Shown here: positions 24,013-38,440 of the stretch, piece by piece | Layout: each line of letters opens with the position of its first letter | How positions within the stretch are numbered: position 1 is the stretch's first letter | Assembly (NCBI GenBank): GCA_951406725.2 | Contig: OX597816.1 | Span: forward strand, 157,480,001 to 157,544,000 | DNA from: Octopus vulgaris | Taxonomy: Eukaryota | DNA: 64,000 bases | Direction: 5' to 3' | Notes under the pieces: model-generated | Seen by the model: only the letters and a program-made list of their open reading frames with translations | Database searches by the model: none | What the model was told of the DNA's origin: nothing | Translations under genes and position numbers: made by a program

Positions 24013-24674
24013 AGCATATACACTTATATTGGAGCCAGTTGATTTTTCCCTCGAGGCAAAGAGACTATGTTTCCACTGTTTTTTTTTTTTTTTTTTCAAA
24101 TTGCTGATATAACCTATCGATAGTGACTTCTGACAAAACCGTCGCCATTTTTCCATGACGGGAGGGAATTTGAACCCAAGACTGCACAGATACTGCATAG
24201 TGTCCCGTGTGGCACTCTTACAATTCCAATACATTTGTATATATATTTATGTCTTGCCTATATATGTCTGTATATGTATGTAGCTATGTACATGCGTCTG
24301 TATGTTTAGAGTATATATGTATATTACAGATGGTTTGGTATGTGCATATACAGCTAAAGGTATATGTAATCCAACGTGAATATTTGTTTAAACGGATATA
24401 ACTTTTAATGTATTAATTGATTTATATTTTACAAATAATTATTTACCCTAAGTATTTAGGCTCTGTCCTTCTTTATAAGCTATTTTTGATTTAAAGTTTT
24501 CTTCGATTTTACAATAAGATGATTTTTATACCGAAATTTGTTCATTGAATGCAACCGGTCATTGTAAAGACCGTTAGTTGAAAGGACCAATCAAACAAAA
24601 CTCATTTTCAAATGTGTATCCATTAAACTAATTGTATATGTTTGCTTATAACCTTATTTTTGTTCCGTCTAAAC

Positions 24675-24720
24675 AAAACTCTCCGACGAACAGGAACGTG
24701 AAACTCTGAGTAACAGTTTT
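24675..24720 (+). ncRNA. Minimal hammerhead ribozyme-like motif
   Basis: AAAACUCU-CCGACGA-AC aggaac GU-GAAACUCUGAGUA-ACAGUUUU: stem I with one mismatch, stem III ACUC/GAGU. Confidence 0.55.
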
Positions 24721-25236
24721 TGAGATACTTTTGATGCTTTTTAAAAGAGCATATATGTATATTCATCTACCCTGTGGTTCGAGGGCAATGACAATGCGTG
24801 ACTTCGTTGAAGCAGTCTTTTCCGCAAAGCAAATTAAATAAAATTTGGGATTATTTTGTGAAGGGTGAAAGTGGTAACAAGAACAAGACAGTAAAAACAA
24901 ATGGTGAAGGCTGTTAAGCCAAGACGATAGAAAAATTATTATGAACGCTAGGAAGACGAGCTTATGAGAGGAGACAGGTATAAGCACGTGTTGTCTTTAG
25001 GTAGGATATGGGCAAAAAGATAGATTCCCTTTCGTCACGTATCAGCGACGAGAGAGTGAAGAAGGAAGAGTGAGGGAGGGGGAACGATGAAGAGGAGAGG
25101 AGAGGAATAGGGAAGGGTGGGAGAGAAAACCAGAAAGAATGAAGAACAAGAGAGGGAGAGAGATGGACAGAAGAGATAGTAGAGATAGAAGAGTGCGCAT
25201 CGTAATTATTAAGATATGTGTATATATATATATACA

Positions 25237-25337
<101 letters not shown>

Positions 25338-25338
25338 G

Positions 25339-25374
<36 letters not shown>

Positions 25375-25904
25375 TATATACATGGCCTGCTCGCTTACCC
25401 AGCGGGGTGGCGTCATTCGAAGGCTAAAACAATGCGAACGCATTGTGACCAGCGATGTGTAACAATATCTGATGGTCTGGTCGGTCACGTGATCACGTGA
25501 TATATATATATATATATATACATACATACATACATACATACATACATACATACATACATACGTACGTACGTACGTACGTACGTACGCACATGCAAACATA
25601 TATATGGAAAGAGGATTGCGATAAAGAAGAACTGAAATCCCTTCAACGCTAGGAGAAAAGCGCCTCTTGGTTCTCAAACTATGAAACCATCTTTCAAATA
25701 GGGCACACTTCTAGCAAACCTTTCCTGAAAATAAGAAAATCAAAACAACACTCAAACACTGATTCACACCTATCTAAAAACTGGAACTATCACCCCTACC
25801 AAAAAAAAGAATACAAGACCTAACACTAACTTTGTAAGCCACCAGCGATATAACATCGGGAGTACCCCAACTTTAAACAGAGAAATGAAAAATCACTACC
25901 ACCA

Positions 25905-27805
25905 GGATAGTCGTTGCTTTCAATGCCAAAATTTGGCACAATTCCTTCCAGGATCTTCCAGATGTATATTACTGCATACCTCTGCCTTCTCTCCAGGGAG
26001 TAAAGTCTTAGTTGTTTCAGCCTTTCCCAGTAACTGAACAGTTGCAAAGAGACGATCTTCTCTGGATTGTTTCAAGGTCCGCTGTTAATTTCACACTGTT
26101 GAGTGACTATATCTGGGAGCAGTAATCCTGACGACGAATGTCCTCCAGAGGACCATCGTGGTTTCCTTATCTCTGGTTCTGAATGTTCTCAGGATCCATC
26201 CAGTCAGTCGTCTGCACTTTGTCGCCATCCTGGTAATGTGCACTTGGAAAGAGGTATCATCACTCATGTCGATACCCAGGTCCCTCACTGATTTAGGCTC
26301 TGGGATTGAAATTTCCTGTGGACCAGTGTACCCTATACGTTTCATATTCCGTTTTGGACGCTGGTAGCGCAGGGCTTGGAATTTTTCAGCATTAAACTGC
26401 ATATTATTATCCTCAGCCCATATGTAAATTGAGTCCAACTCCTCCTGCAGATGTGCAACATCGCTGGGGTTCTGTATGTTCTGCGAAACTTTCGTATCAT
26501 CTGCGTAGCTTTCAAGGGTGGCTATCCGGGCACTTGAGGGCATATCTGAGAGCGCCACTATAAAAGCAGTGGTACCAAGACAGTAACTTGTGGAACACCG
26601 CTCACTATTTGTATTTTCATAAAGGTGGTTCTATTAGCCACTACTGCCTGACTTCTATCTTTTAGAAAGTCATGTAACCACTCTCTAAGTTTTCCAGCTA
26701 TGCCAAGATCACGCAGTTTGTGGCATATCATACCATGATTCACTTTGTCAAAAACATTTGCAAAATCAATGTATATTACATTTACAAGACGGCAGAAAAA
26801 TAAATCAGGGTTGTATAAAATGAAGACAAACTCTAGAGCTTTTATAGATTTTCAAAGAGTCTGCTTCAGTAGTGCAATTGTCTGAAGAAAACAGCTCAGA
26901 CTGTAGGTCGCCAGAAGGTAAGCGAAATACTATACGTGCAATTTGTCCTTCGTGTGCAATACAAAGTTGTTGAGTAACTGCCTCAACACCCAGTCATAAT
27001 GTTGTAAGAGCTGATTCAGGCAGCTCCTACCTGGTCGAAAACCATGCTGGGTATCACTCAACAAGTTATTTTCTTCAAGGAATGCGATTAGTTTCCCTCT
27101 GACTATCCATTCCATGACTTTGCTGATATGTGAAGTCAGAGAGATAGGCCTACAGTTTTTGGCATCTGATCTGCTTCCCTCTTTATGGATTGGGCATACT
27201 ATTCCCTCCTTCAGCTTGCTTGGCAGTCTGCCATTTGCAAGAAAGCTCTGGAAGAGAATCTGGAGGGGTTTTGCCAGGGTATGCTTACACGATTTGAGGA
27301 GGATTGCTGGGAAACCATAAGTACCAGCAGCTGAGTTTGCGTCCACCTCATTTATAGCTAGTAGTATATCTTCTTCGCTAATGTCGATGTATTCCATCGT
27401 AACTGCCTCGCTGGTTATAAGTGAGGAGGCAAAGAAGTCCACTGGTTCGTTCACTTGTCTGTGTTCCAACGGGGTGGTAAAGACTCTTTTGAACTGGTCA
27501 TTCAGTACGTCACTGATCCTAGTTGAACTGTCTGTGAGGGAGCCATCCTTTTGGAAGAGGGGTCCTATCTTGAGGCTGTTTTTTTCGCGTACTGAAAGGT
27601 TTTGGGTTTGACTTAATGTTTTTTATAGCCCATGCTTCTTTGTTTGCTCTCTTCCTCACATAGGATTGTTGCAACCTTTTTTCAATCTCCATCATTGTTG
27701 TTTTTAAGCGGGACCTTTCACTACTTTTGGGATGTTGGCTGAGTCGATTTGCAACCTTCGTCCGTCGTCCCATGAGGATCTTCCTCTCCCTTGGAATTTT
27801 GTTCC
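25905..27805 (-). mobile_element. CR1-group LINE RT fragment (relative of 12150-15690)
   Basis: QHGFRPGRSCLNQLL, SGVPQVTVL, YADDTKVSQ, YWERLKQLRLYSLERR; interrupted at about 26783-26965 by a foreign segment. Confidence 0.9.
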
Positions 27806-27837
27806 TATTTGTTTATATATATATATATATATATATA

Positions 27838-28248
27838 TCTTTTACTCTTTACTCTTTTACTTGTTTCAGTCATTTGACTGCGGCCATGCTGGAGCACCGC
27901 CTTTAGTCGAGCAAATCGACCCCGGAACTTATTCTTTGTAAGCCCAGTACTTATTCTATCGGTCTCTTTTGCCGAACCGCTAAGTGACGGGGACGTAAAC
28001 ACACCAGCATCGGTTGTCAGGCAATGCTAGGGGGACAAACACAGACACACAAACACACACACACATACATATATATATACATATATACGACAGGCTTCTT
28101 TCAGTTTCCGTCTACCAAATCCCCTCACAAGGCATTGGTCGGCCCGGGGCTATAGCAGAAGACACTTGCCCAAGATGCCACGCAGTGGGACTGAACCCGG
28201 AACCATGTGGTTGGTTAGCAAGCTACTTACCACACAGCCACTCCTGCG

Positions 28249-28249
<1 letters not shown>
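27838..28249 (-). mobile_element. Full-length tRNA-derived SINE
   Basis: Minus strand GGCGCAGGAGTGGCTGTGTGGTAAG (A-box)...GGTTCAGTCCC (B-box)...tail (taaaagag)n; embedded in (TA)n. Confidence 0.88.
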
Positions 28250-28327
<78 letters not shown>

Positions 28328-28392
28328 TGAGAGAAAGAGAGAGTGAGAGAGCGTGTTTTTGCTTGTGTCATTATCCCATACATATATATATA

Positions 28393-29006
28393 CTAGCTGG
28401 TGTACCCGGTAATTCCCGGGGATGAAGATGTTCTATTGAAACGCCTTATTATTCTGATATAAGAAAGCAGTTTCGTTATAACTGCCACAAAAGGTGTATT
28501 TTCCGTCACGAAAAATGTACAAAAATTCTCAGCTGAAGGAGAGAGAGATTGTTGGAGGTTAGCGAGAGAGGTTGTCAGATTTTTTTCAACAATCTAAGTA
28601 TGTTACGAGGTTTCTAAACATGAGTACTACTCACGTGTCAAATAAAGTATAAAAGTGATATTGTCTGCAAAAATTATAAATAGGACACATAAAAAATCAA
28701 TATTCAAAGTAATCGAACATAAACAATCAAATGGGTTATTTCCATTGAGTGTTTAAAAAAATATTGTACAGGTGCTATGAGTTATTTCTGTTGGATGTTT
28801 AAAAAAAATTAGTTAAATGAGGTAGATATAAAGGTCCCTTCCAGGAGCTGTATTATCGATTTTTTTCAATAATCTAAGTATGTCACGAGACTTTTAGACA
28901 TGAGTTCTACTCATGTGTCAAGTTTCATCAAAATCAATAAAACGGTGTAGAACGAGTTAGCTAACAATGCCACAAACAATTACCGATTTTCCACATAGGT
29001 AGTAGA
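28393..29006 (-). mobile_element. Non-autonomous Helitron-like element
   Basis: Minus strand begins a|TCTACTAC and ends with hairpin (ccggg-aatta-ccggg region) then cagCTAG|t; contains an internal duplication (28575-28640 vs 28855-28920). Confidence 0.6.
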
Positions 29007-29029
29007 TATATACATACACCTGAAACAAA

Positions 29030-30330
29030 CACTACTTAAACTTCAATGTGAACTCAAACACTCCTATGAAGACAGCAGACAAATAAGTCAGGGTTGTATA
29101 AAATGAAGACAAACTCTAGAGCTTTTATAGATTTTCAAAGAGTCTGCTTCAGTAGTACAATTGTCTGAAGAAAACAGCTCAGACTGTAGGCCACCAGAAG
29201 GTAAGTGAAATACTATACGTGCAATTTGTCCTTCATGTGCAATACAAAGTGTTCCCTTGGGCAACTTGCTGAAAGCTAAGCCAATAAGTTCTTCGGCACC
29301 ACGGCTCTACACAAATGGATGGTAATTATCGATTACATCGAAATAGAAGAAACTGATGTAGTATCAGCCTTGGTGAAATGAGCCACAACAATCTTCCTTA
29401 AGAAATGCAAAGCGGCTCTAGCAAGACCATTGCAGATCTTCTTCCAAAGCTTCCTTGCAAGTGGGAGATTTCCTAGAAAGTTAAAGGGGTTGATAGAGTA
29501 GATGCTAAAACTTATAGGCCTATTTGTCTTACCTTACATGTTATGGAACGCTTTTTCAGAACGCAAAATCATGAAGCGTTTTATCAGAAATAAACTGATC
29601 GCTTTCCTGAAAGATAATGACTTGCTCCCTGAAAACCAGTACAGTTTCTGCTCAAGAAGCAGCTGCCTCACAACTTTCTGCATCATTATGACTGGGTATT
29701 GAAAGAATTAATGAATCGCTCAAACGTGGATGTGATGCATCGCTATTTTTCAAAGATCTTTGATAAGGTTGATCACGAAATAACATGTTGCAAGCTACAG
29801 AGATTCCGCATAGTCGGAAACATAGGGGAGTGGTTATATGGCCTCTTAAAAACAGAAGCCAGACTGTGGAACCCAATGGGGACTTCCTCAAGGAGACAGT
29901 AACAAGGAGTGGCATGCCTCAAGGAATTGTCTTCGAGTCGCTGTTTTTTTATGCTGGTTTTTTCGGATATCACATCAGTTACACAGTCAGCCACACTAGT
30001 TAGCTATGCCGGCCGTACAAAACAAGTACAGGCTAAAGGATCTTCCAATGTTGATCCTCTACAAAAATATCTTGAGATTATATATAAATGAGCTGGAGAA
30101 AACAACATGCAATTCAATTTAGGAAAATTCCAAGACCTTCGACATTAGCCACTTTGCGCCAACATGCCGCAACAAAGATACATTTGGAACAAAAGGAGCG
30201 GTAATCTTAGAGTCAGAAAATTGTGCAATACAAAAGCAGTGAGTGAGACGGGGATTAATACAAACAACGACGCCCGATTTCGCGTACATATCACCGAGAT
30301 GTTGACAGTATGCAGGCAAATGGCCGGATG
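29030..30330 (+). mobile_element. Highly degraded CR1-group LINE RT region
   Basis: KLIAFLKDNDLLPENQYSF, FDKVDHEITCCKL, SGMPQGIV, LVSYAGRTK fragments in shifting frames. Confidence 0.8.
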
Positions 30331-30333
30331 AAT

Positions 30334-30404
<71 letters not shown>

Positions 30405-30867
30405 ATATAGTTGAAATTTACAGAAAGACAAAAGTCGAAGACAGGTGTATGAACAACAAGTAGGTGTATTAGTTTGACGATCTTCAACAAAAAAGGAAGA
30501 GAAAATAAACAGAGAATATATATGGAAACATACACACATACATACTTCCATAGACTACATAGATACAAAAATACATATATACGAACGCACACACGCACAC
30601 ACACACACACATACACACACACACACACACACACTCACCAACACACACAAATATGCATCTATGTATATCCATGTATGTATCTTAAATTTATTAAGAAAAA
30701 TACACCATGTATATACATATATATATATAACTTATAAAATAAGGGAAAAAGAAAAATTCTAATGCAAAATATGCCAAAAATTTTAATTATAAATTTAACC
30801 TTTAAAGGTATTTTTTGATATGCTGGCCATTGATAAAAATTTTTTTCGAAAAAAATTTTATCCTACA

Positions 30868-30904
<37 letters not shown>

Positions 30905-30934
30905 CAAGTTGTAAGGTACCACACGAGTGGAAAT

Positions 30935-31298
30935 ATATATGAAAGAAGGCTTGAAAATGCAATTTTAAAGATGTTTATTCACTTGACTGGTTTCACTTTT
31001 TTTAGAAAAAGATTGTCAAAAGTAAAATGTAAAACTTTGTATAAGCTTTGTTGTGTTAAGTACTGGTTGTCACAAAAGTATTAAAATACATACATTCGTT
31101 CTTTTCTTATTATTATCAAAGAATTTATATATGTATTTTAATACTTTTGTGACAACACATCAAAGCTTATACAAAGCTTTACATTTTACTTTTGACAATC
31201 TTTTTCTAAAATGCAATTTTAAAGATGTTTATTCACTTTGCTAAACATCTTTAATATATAAACATCTTTGAAATTGCATTTTCAAACCTTCTTTCATG

Positions 31299-31300
<2 letters not shown>
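30935..31300. repeat. Imperfect fold-back repeat with degenerate hammerhead-like motif in the left arm
   Basis: 31003-31095 is the reverse complement of 31125-31210, and 30938-30975 of 31262-31297. Minus strand ACUU-UUGACAA-ucuuuuu..aaaaaagu-GAAACCAGUC-AAGU. Confidence 0.6.
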
Positions 31301-31338
<38 letters not shown>

Positions 31339-31419
31339 GGCACGTACGAAGTGTGTGTTTGTGTGTACGTATGTGCATTAATATTATATTAGTATTGATA
31401 ATACAGTTCTATATTTAGT

Positions 31420-31572
31420 AGGTGAGGAATTATGTACATTATTTACATTATTTACATTTGACGGATATTTATCCTCATCTTGTTTCTTGTTAACACAGCG
31501 TTTCAGCTACATCAGGTGCCTTGGTGAAATTTCGAACCTGGGTTCTCGTTCTTAAGGTATTTTTCGATGCTG

Positions 31573-31647
<75 letters not shown>

Positions 31648-31759
31648 TCACTGCCTGGAATCGAAATCGGACTCTTGGGGTTAGTAGACCGCGCTCTTAA
31701 CCACTTCGCCATATGCCCGTGGATGTAGTGGTTAAGAGCGCTATTATAATAATAATAAT

Positions 31760-31803
<44 letters not shown>

Positions 31804-31950
31804 CAACAACATCGAAAAGTTCCTTAGGAATGAGAACCCAGGTTCGAAATTTCCCCGACACACCTGATGAAGGTATATCAGCCGAACGGTTGTGTTAACA
31901 AACAAGATGAGGGCAAATATCCGTCAAATGTAAATAATGTAAATAATGTA
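31420..31950. mobile_element. Head-to-head fold-back of a tRNA-headed, hammerhead-bearing SINE
   Basis: The minus arm has a tRNA-like head at 31648-31718 (A-box TGGCGAAGTGG, B-box-like GATTTCGATTCC), (AAT)n, body, hammerhead remnant and (AAATAATGT)n tail. The plus arm from about 31723 repeats this. Same family as 9926-11632. Confidence 0.75.
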
Positions 31951-32415
31951 GTTTTGATCAGATGAATGTATAACGTCTTACCTCAACGAAGACTCTGGAA
32001 AATTAAGTCACTTTCAGTAGACGTAATCTTTTGTGTTGAATTCAACCAGTCAAATACTTTATATAAACAAGTTTCATGTTACGTATCAGTATTTTTTTCT
32101 ATTGTATGTGTGTATTGTTGGTTGTATGTATGATGTATGTATGTATGTATGTATGTATGTATGTATGTATGTATTTATGTATGATGTATGATGTATGTGT
32201 GTATGTATGTATGTGTGCATGTATGTATGTATGTACGTATGTATGTGTGCATGCATGTATGTATGCTTGTATGACTGTGTATATATATATATATATATAT
32301 ATATGTATGAATTGATTCATGCGTATATGTGCATGTATGTTTCTACATCTATGTGTGTGTATGTGTTTGTGAGTGAGTGTTATGTGTATATATATATAGA
32401 GAGAGAGAGAAAGAG

Positions 32416-32517
<102 letters not shown>

Positions 32518-32736
32518 GCAAAGAAATGGAGCAACAATTAACATTTAGAAGTTAATTAGATAGTTTAATTATAGTTCAAGAATATAGATAGGAGAAAAGG
32601 GGAAATGAAAACAAAAAAAAGAAAAAGGAAAAACGGAAAAACGGAAAAAGCTCGTAAAGTCATTAGGCTTTCCTTCTTTTGTGACCTTTTGGGGTTCCAC
32701 GTACGTCTAAGTTTCTCACTCTGATAAACTCTAGAT

Positions 32737-32774
32737 CATTCTGACGATGTTTGTTAAACGGAACGAGATAAATG
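32737..32774 (+). ncRNA. Degenerate hammerhead-like motif
   Basis: CAUU-CUGACGA-U GUUU guu AAAC-GGAACGAGAUA-AAUG; stems I and II intact, GAAA and stem III mutated. Confidence 0.4.
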
Positions 32775-33444
32775 CAAATTTACTTCGAATTAACAAAATG
32801 AAATAGCTATAAATGTTATTGAACTACAATTAAACTATAAGAATAAACAGAAACAAAAACAAATTACACGAACGTATATAAACAGAAGATGCAAATATTA
32901 CAGGCATTTCCCCCCCCCACACACACACACACACACTAACTAAACATAGACGCACATAGAGATATAAGCATGCGCAAATGAAGACATACAATAGAAATAC
33001 AAAATGGCTTACGGTTAGTAAGGAGAGACACACAAATAAGAAAGAAGAAAGCAAAGGACCACTGATGCGGTCACAGGAGTGTGACGAAAGAACTCTGGCC
33101 GAAATAAGATTAAGTTTAATGTAAAAAATAAATAACACTGAAGCAAAGTAACACCAAATATATAGTGCATGTGATTTTATTGGCTAAACTGGCAAAATTA
33201 CCATTCCGAAATACAACAATAAACTATCACCTAATACCAATGATCAACTTCTAATTGTTAATAGCTGCTCAATTTCTTTTCTTATCTGAATATATTAAAT
33301 CACGGTTTTACTATTTAAATTACCAACTACTGTTAATCTTATAGCAAGGCCTATACATAGTGAGGTAATACACCAGTAGTGCCTATGGATACATTTATCC
33401 CTTAGACGGTCGCATAACCTCTAACTCATAATCATATATATATA

Positions 33445-33825
33445 CTAGAAGTATCGCCCGGCGTTGCTCAGGTTTGTAAGGGAAATAACTATAAAGCATT
33501 TTTAGAGAGTTATAGCCAAAATATAGCAAAAAAATGGAAAAAAATGATGGTAAATTTTTTTTTTAAGTTAAAAAAGGTGGAGTTGCGTCCCCTAGACAGT
33601 TTGTGGTTTGTGTTTGTGATTCTCGACCCCATGTCGAATTTATCGATTTTTTCAGAACTGGGGGAACTTTTCAAAATTTTCGCTGCGTTAGTTTTGAATT
33701 ATGACATTGGGCTATGTGTGTGTCAAGTTTCATCAGAATCGGTTGAAAGCCGTGGTCAGGGTGAGGGTACAAGCAAACAGACACACAGAAACACGCACAG
33801 ACAAACTGCCGTTTATATAGAGAGA
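33445..33825 (-). mobile_element. Non-autonomous Helitron-like element
   Basis: Minus strand a|TCTCTCTATATAAAC...hairpin (ctgagcaacgccggg)...CTAG|t. 5' half matches 37700-38107, 3' end matches 54605-55136. Confidence 0.75.
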
Positions 33826-33849
33826 TATATTGTACTACAAGCGAATACT

Positions 33850-34503
33850 GGTCCCGGTGCGCGCACACGCGTAGTCGCGCGTCCGCGCTAGCTAGTCGTA
33901 AGTAGTCGATCCTACAACGACTTGCGCGTATGCAAATGAGGTAATTGGCGCATGCGCGATACATACTTGTGTAAATAAATCATTTCTTAGAACAATGTAT
34001 ATGATTTTTTTTACACAAATAATTACAGTAAATAATTTTTTTAACTAAAAAAATTTATTATTTTTTAAAACAATGTATATGATTTTTTTTACACAAATTA
34101 AATATTTTTTGAACAAAGTAAATAATTTTTTAAACTTAGTTAATTAATTTTTTTTTATAAACAAACTAAGATTTTTTTTTGAAAAATGTATATAATTTTT
34201 TTACACAAATTAAACAAAGTAAATAAAAAGCAAATAGCAAATAAAAAAATTGAATATCTCACAGTTTTTGCAATTCGTTCGAAATGCCACCAAATAATAA
34301 AATAAAATGTTGAAGTTCATTTGACTTCCTCGAATGTGAACCATTCTGAAAGGTGCTTCAGTATGTTTTCAAAACATTCCTGTCCAGTTTTTCCATATTG
34401 TTCCCTCCACAGAAATTCATCTAGGTACGACTCCATCATGTTAGTGTGTACCCCCATCATTGTCTTAAATCGTCTTTTCGCATTCTTCCAGAAACATTCC
34501 ACA
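33850..34503 (-). mobile_element. Merlin (IS1016/ISXO2-like) DNA transposon 3' remnant
   Basis: VECFWKNAKRRFKTMMGVHTNMMESYLDEFLWRE matches the Merlin/IS1595 C-terminal E-x2-W-x3-K...YL-x-EF-x-WR motif. GC-rich terminus beginning GG at 33850; subterminal AT-rich tandem repeats. Confidence 0.75.
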
Positions 34504-34504
34504 T

Positions 34505-35619
<1,115 letters not shown>

Positions 35620-36905
35620 CAGGGTGGGGAAGCAAAATTTACAATGTACGTTAAGTTGCTTTTTCTCAGCAGGCACTAAGTTAATTGTTTTGAAACCTAG
35701 CATATATTGATGCCATAATCATACCTAACACTATTATCCTTACCTTTACAGAAACTTTTGCTTATATGAGTAATCTGGAAAGCAAACGTCAAAGAGTGTG
35801 TGATTTGCTGAATGCATTCGTCACACCAAAGGAGATTTCAAGAATAGTTGGAGTGTCCATAAAGACTGTTTATAATGTAAAGAATAGAATGACTATGAGC
35901 AACACTATTACAAGGAAGTCTGGAAGTGGAGGAATCAACAAAAAACATTCCAATGCTTTTATTAAAGCTCTCAAATCCCAAATCCTAAAGGATCCAACCA
36001 AATCCTTGAGAAAAATGGCAATTGAACTTGAGGTAGACAACAAGACCATTAGAAATGCAGTAAAATATTCTTTGAGGTTAAAATCTTGCACAAGAACACC
36101 AAAACACTTGTTGATAACAGCTATAAAGGAAAGGGATTGGAAAGGTACAAGAAAATTATTACATGCTTCAAGAAAAAGTCCTCCATTGTAACGATCTTTT
36201 CAGATGAAAAGATCTTCACTGTCGATGCTGTTCTGAACCGCAGAAATGACAGATTTATCGCAAAATCAACAATTGAGGTTAAGGGGACATTCAAAACAAA
36301 ACATCCTGCTCAAGTTATGACTTTTGGTGTTGTGGCTTCCAATGGAAAGAAAATGCCTATAAAATTCTACAAAGCTGATGAAAAGATCAATGTTAATACT
36401 TACTACAAGACTCTGAGATACCAGGTATTGCCATGGCTTAAAGCAAACTACCCAGATGGTAATTATGTATGGACACATGATGGTGCTCCAGCCCACACAG
36501 CTAGAAAAATACAAGATTTCTGCAAATCCAACTTTAGCAATGTTTTGGAATCATGTTTATGGCCGCCTTCTAGCCCAGATCTAAACCCTCTGGATTATGA
36601 TATTCGGGGCGTTTTAGAACATGCTACCAATAGAATATCACACAGCAATGTCAACTCTCTTAAAGATACTATTAAAAAAGAATGTGAGAAGTTATCTCCC
36701 GAATATTTGAGAAACACATGTGCAAGTTTCAGGAAGCGTGTTAAGGCAGTTATTGAAAAAGGAGGAGGACACATAGAATAAAAACATTTTCTATTAAGTA
36801 AATTTTCTTGTGGCTAATAAATTCTCATGACTTTCAATAAACAAAATGGTCATACGCTGTATTTCAATACCTGCCTCAAAATATTGTAAATTTTGCTTCC
36901 CCACC

Positions 36906-36908
<3 letters not shown>
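35620..36908 (+). mobile_element. Complete Tc1/mariner element, DD37D (maT) type; transposase 35766-36781 with one frameshift
   Basis: Perfect 26-bp TIRs CAGGGTGGGGAAGCAAAATTTACAAT in (TA)n; FSDEK, HDGAPAH, WPPSSPDLNPLDY with 37 residues between the 2nd and 3rd D. Confidence 0.95.
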
Positions 36909-36967
<59 letters not shown>

Positions 36968-36983
36968 GTATATGTATATTTTG

Positions 36984-37025
<42 letters not shown>

Positions 37026-37027
<2 letters not shown>

Positions 37028-37163
37028 CGCAGGAGTGGCTGTGTGGTAAGTAGTTTGCTTACCAGCCACATGGCATCTTGGGCAAGTGTCTTCTGCTATA
37101 GCCTCGGGCCGACCAAAGCCTTGTGAGTGGATTTGGTAGACGGAAACTGAAAGAAGCCTGTCG

Positions 37164-37211
<48 letters not shown>

Positions 37212-37460
37212 CATATATGTATGTATGTGTGTGTATATGTTTGTGTGTCTATGTTTGTCCCCCCACCATCGCTTGACAACCGATGCTGGTGTGTTTACGT
37301 CCCCGTCACTTAGCGGTTCGGCAAAAAGAGACCGATACAATAAGTACTGGGCTTACAAAGAATAAGTCCCGGAGTCGATTTGCTCGACTAAATGTGGTGC
37401 TCCAGCATGGCCGCAGTCAAATGACTGAAACAAGTAAAAGAGTAAAAGATAGTAAAAGAG
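37026..37460 (+). mobile_element. tRNA-derived SINE (B-box region deleted)
   Basis: GGCGCAGGAGTGGCTGTGTGG head; body and tail as in 27838-28249. Confidence 0.85.
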
Positions 37461-37699
37461 TATATGTATACACGTGCTAGTATGTGTGTGTGTGGTTTTA
37501 GGGGTGTGGTATGTATGAAGGTTTTTCAGTGTTTGCATAAGTGCGTGCATAATATGTGCATTGATATGTACGTGAATACATGTATTATATCAATGGCATG
37601 TAGACACATGGTATTTCGTTATTCAACCATAATATACAGTAAAATATATGAAATGTTTAGTAAGTCAGCTCTGCTAACGTAGTGCGTTTTATATCAACA

Positions 37700-38107
37700 C
37701 TAGCAGCATAGCCCGGCGTTGCCCGGGTATGTAAGAGCCCCTAGTAGGCAACGACTAATCCCAATCTAGTTCTTTCCCTCTAGGGAACGAAGGCGCATGT
37801 GTAGGTTGCAATGTTTTCTCTTCACTCGAATACTTCTATGTATACGATGTTCCTAGCTGTCTCCCGACAGAAAATGTGTTGCATATAAAAAGCTTAGATT
37901 CTCGACCCCATGTCGAATTTATCAATTCTTTTCAGAAATGGGGGAGCTTTTCAAAATTTTCGCTCTGTTAGTTTTGAATTATGACATTGGGCTATGTGTG
38001 TGTCAAGTTTCATCAGAATCGGTTGAAAGCCGTGGTCAGGGTGAGGGTACAACCTGACAAACACACAGACACACAGACAGACAAACTGCCGTTTATATAG
38101 AGAGAGA
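37700..38107 (-). mobile_element. Non-autonomous Helitron-like element
   Basis: Minus strand a|TCTCTCTCTATATAAAC...cccgggcaacgccggg hairpin...CTAG|t; A|T target, no TSD. Confidence 0.78.
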
Positions 38108-38164
38108 TTTCGTATCGAGACGTCAGATGTAAGCTAACAATGAGATCGAACACAGAAATAGGTA

Positions 38165-38440
38165 ACGAGTGTATATACCGTATTTCAGGGGGTTTTGCCC
38201 CTTCATCGACACCAATCTAATCCACTCTCGCCTCCGATCACATCGCTGATATAACCATCACATACAGCGGTGTTAAGTTATTGGGTATACCAATTTACAT
38301 ATTAGACGCATTTCTGGGGCTGGTATGTAAAGATTAATGACGCGTGGTATTTTTTGTTATGCAACCATGATATACTATAAAGCATGCTGATGAAGGTGCA
38401 AAAAGAACCGAAATATGATATTTATACTCATTACTCATTT
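38165..38440. ncRNA. Diverged inverted pair of hammerhead-like motifs
   Basis: Minus about 38168-38213: UCGAUGA-AGGGG caaaa CCCCU-GAAAUACGGUAUA. Plus about 38383-38430: CUGAUGA-AGGU..ACC-GAAAUAUGAUAUU. Confidence 0.55.

Noticed and set aside
31648-31718. Possible functional tRNA gene
   Set aside because: Acceptor and anticodon stems are imperfect, there is no poly-T terminator, and it is fused to a repeated body; treated as a SINE head.
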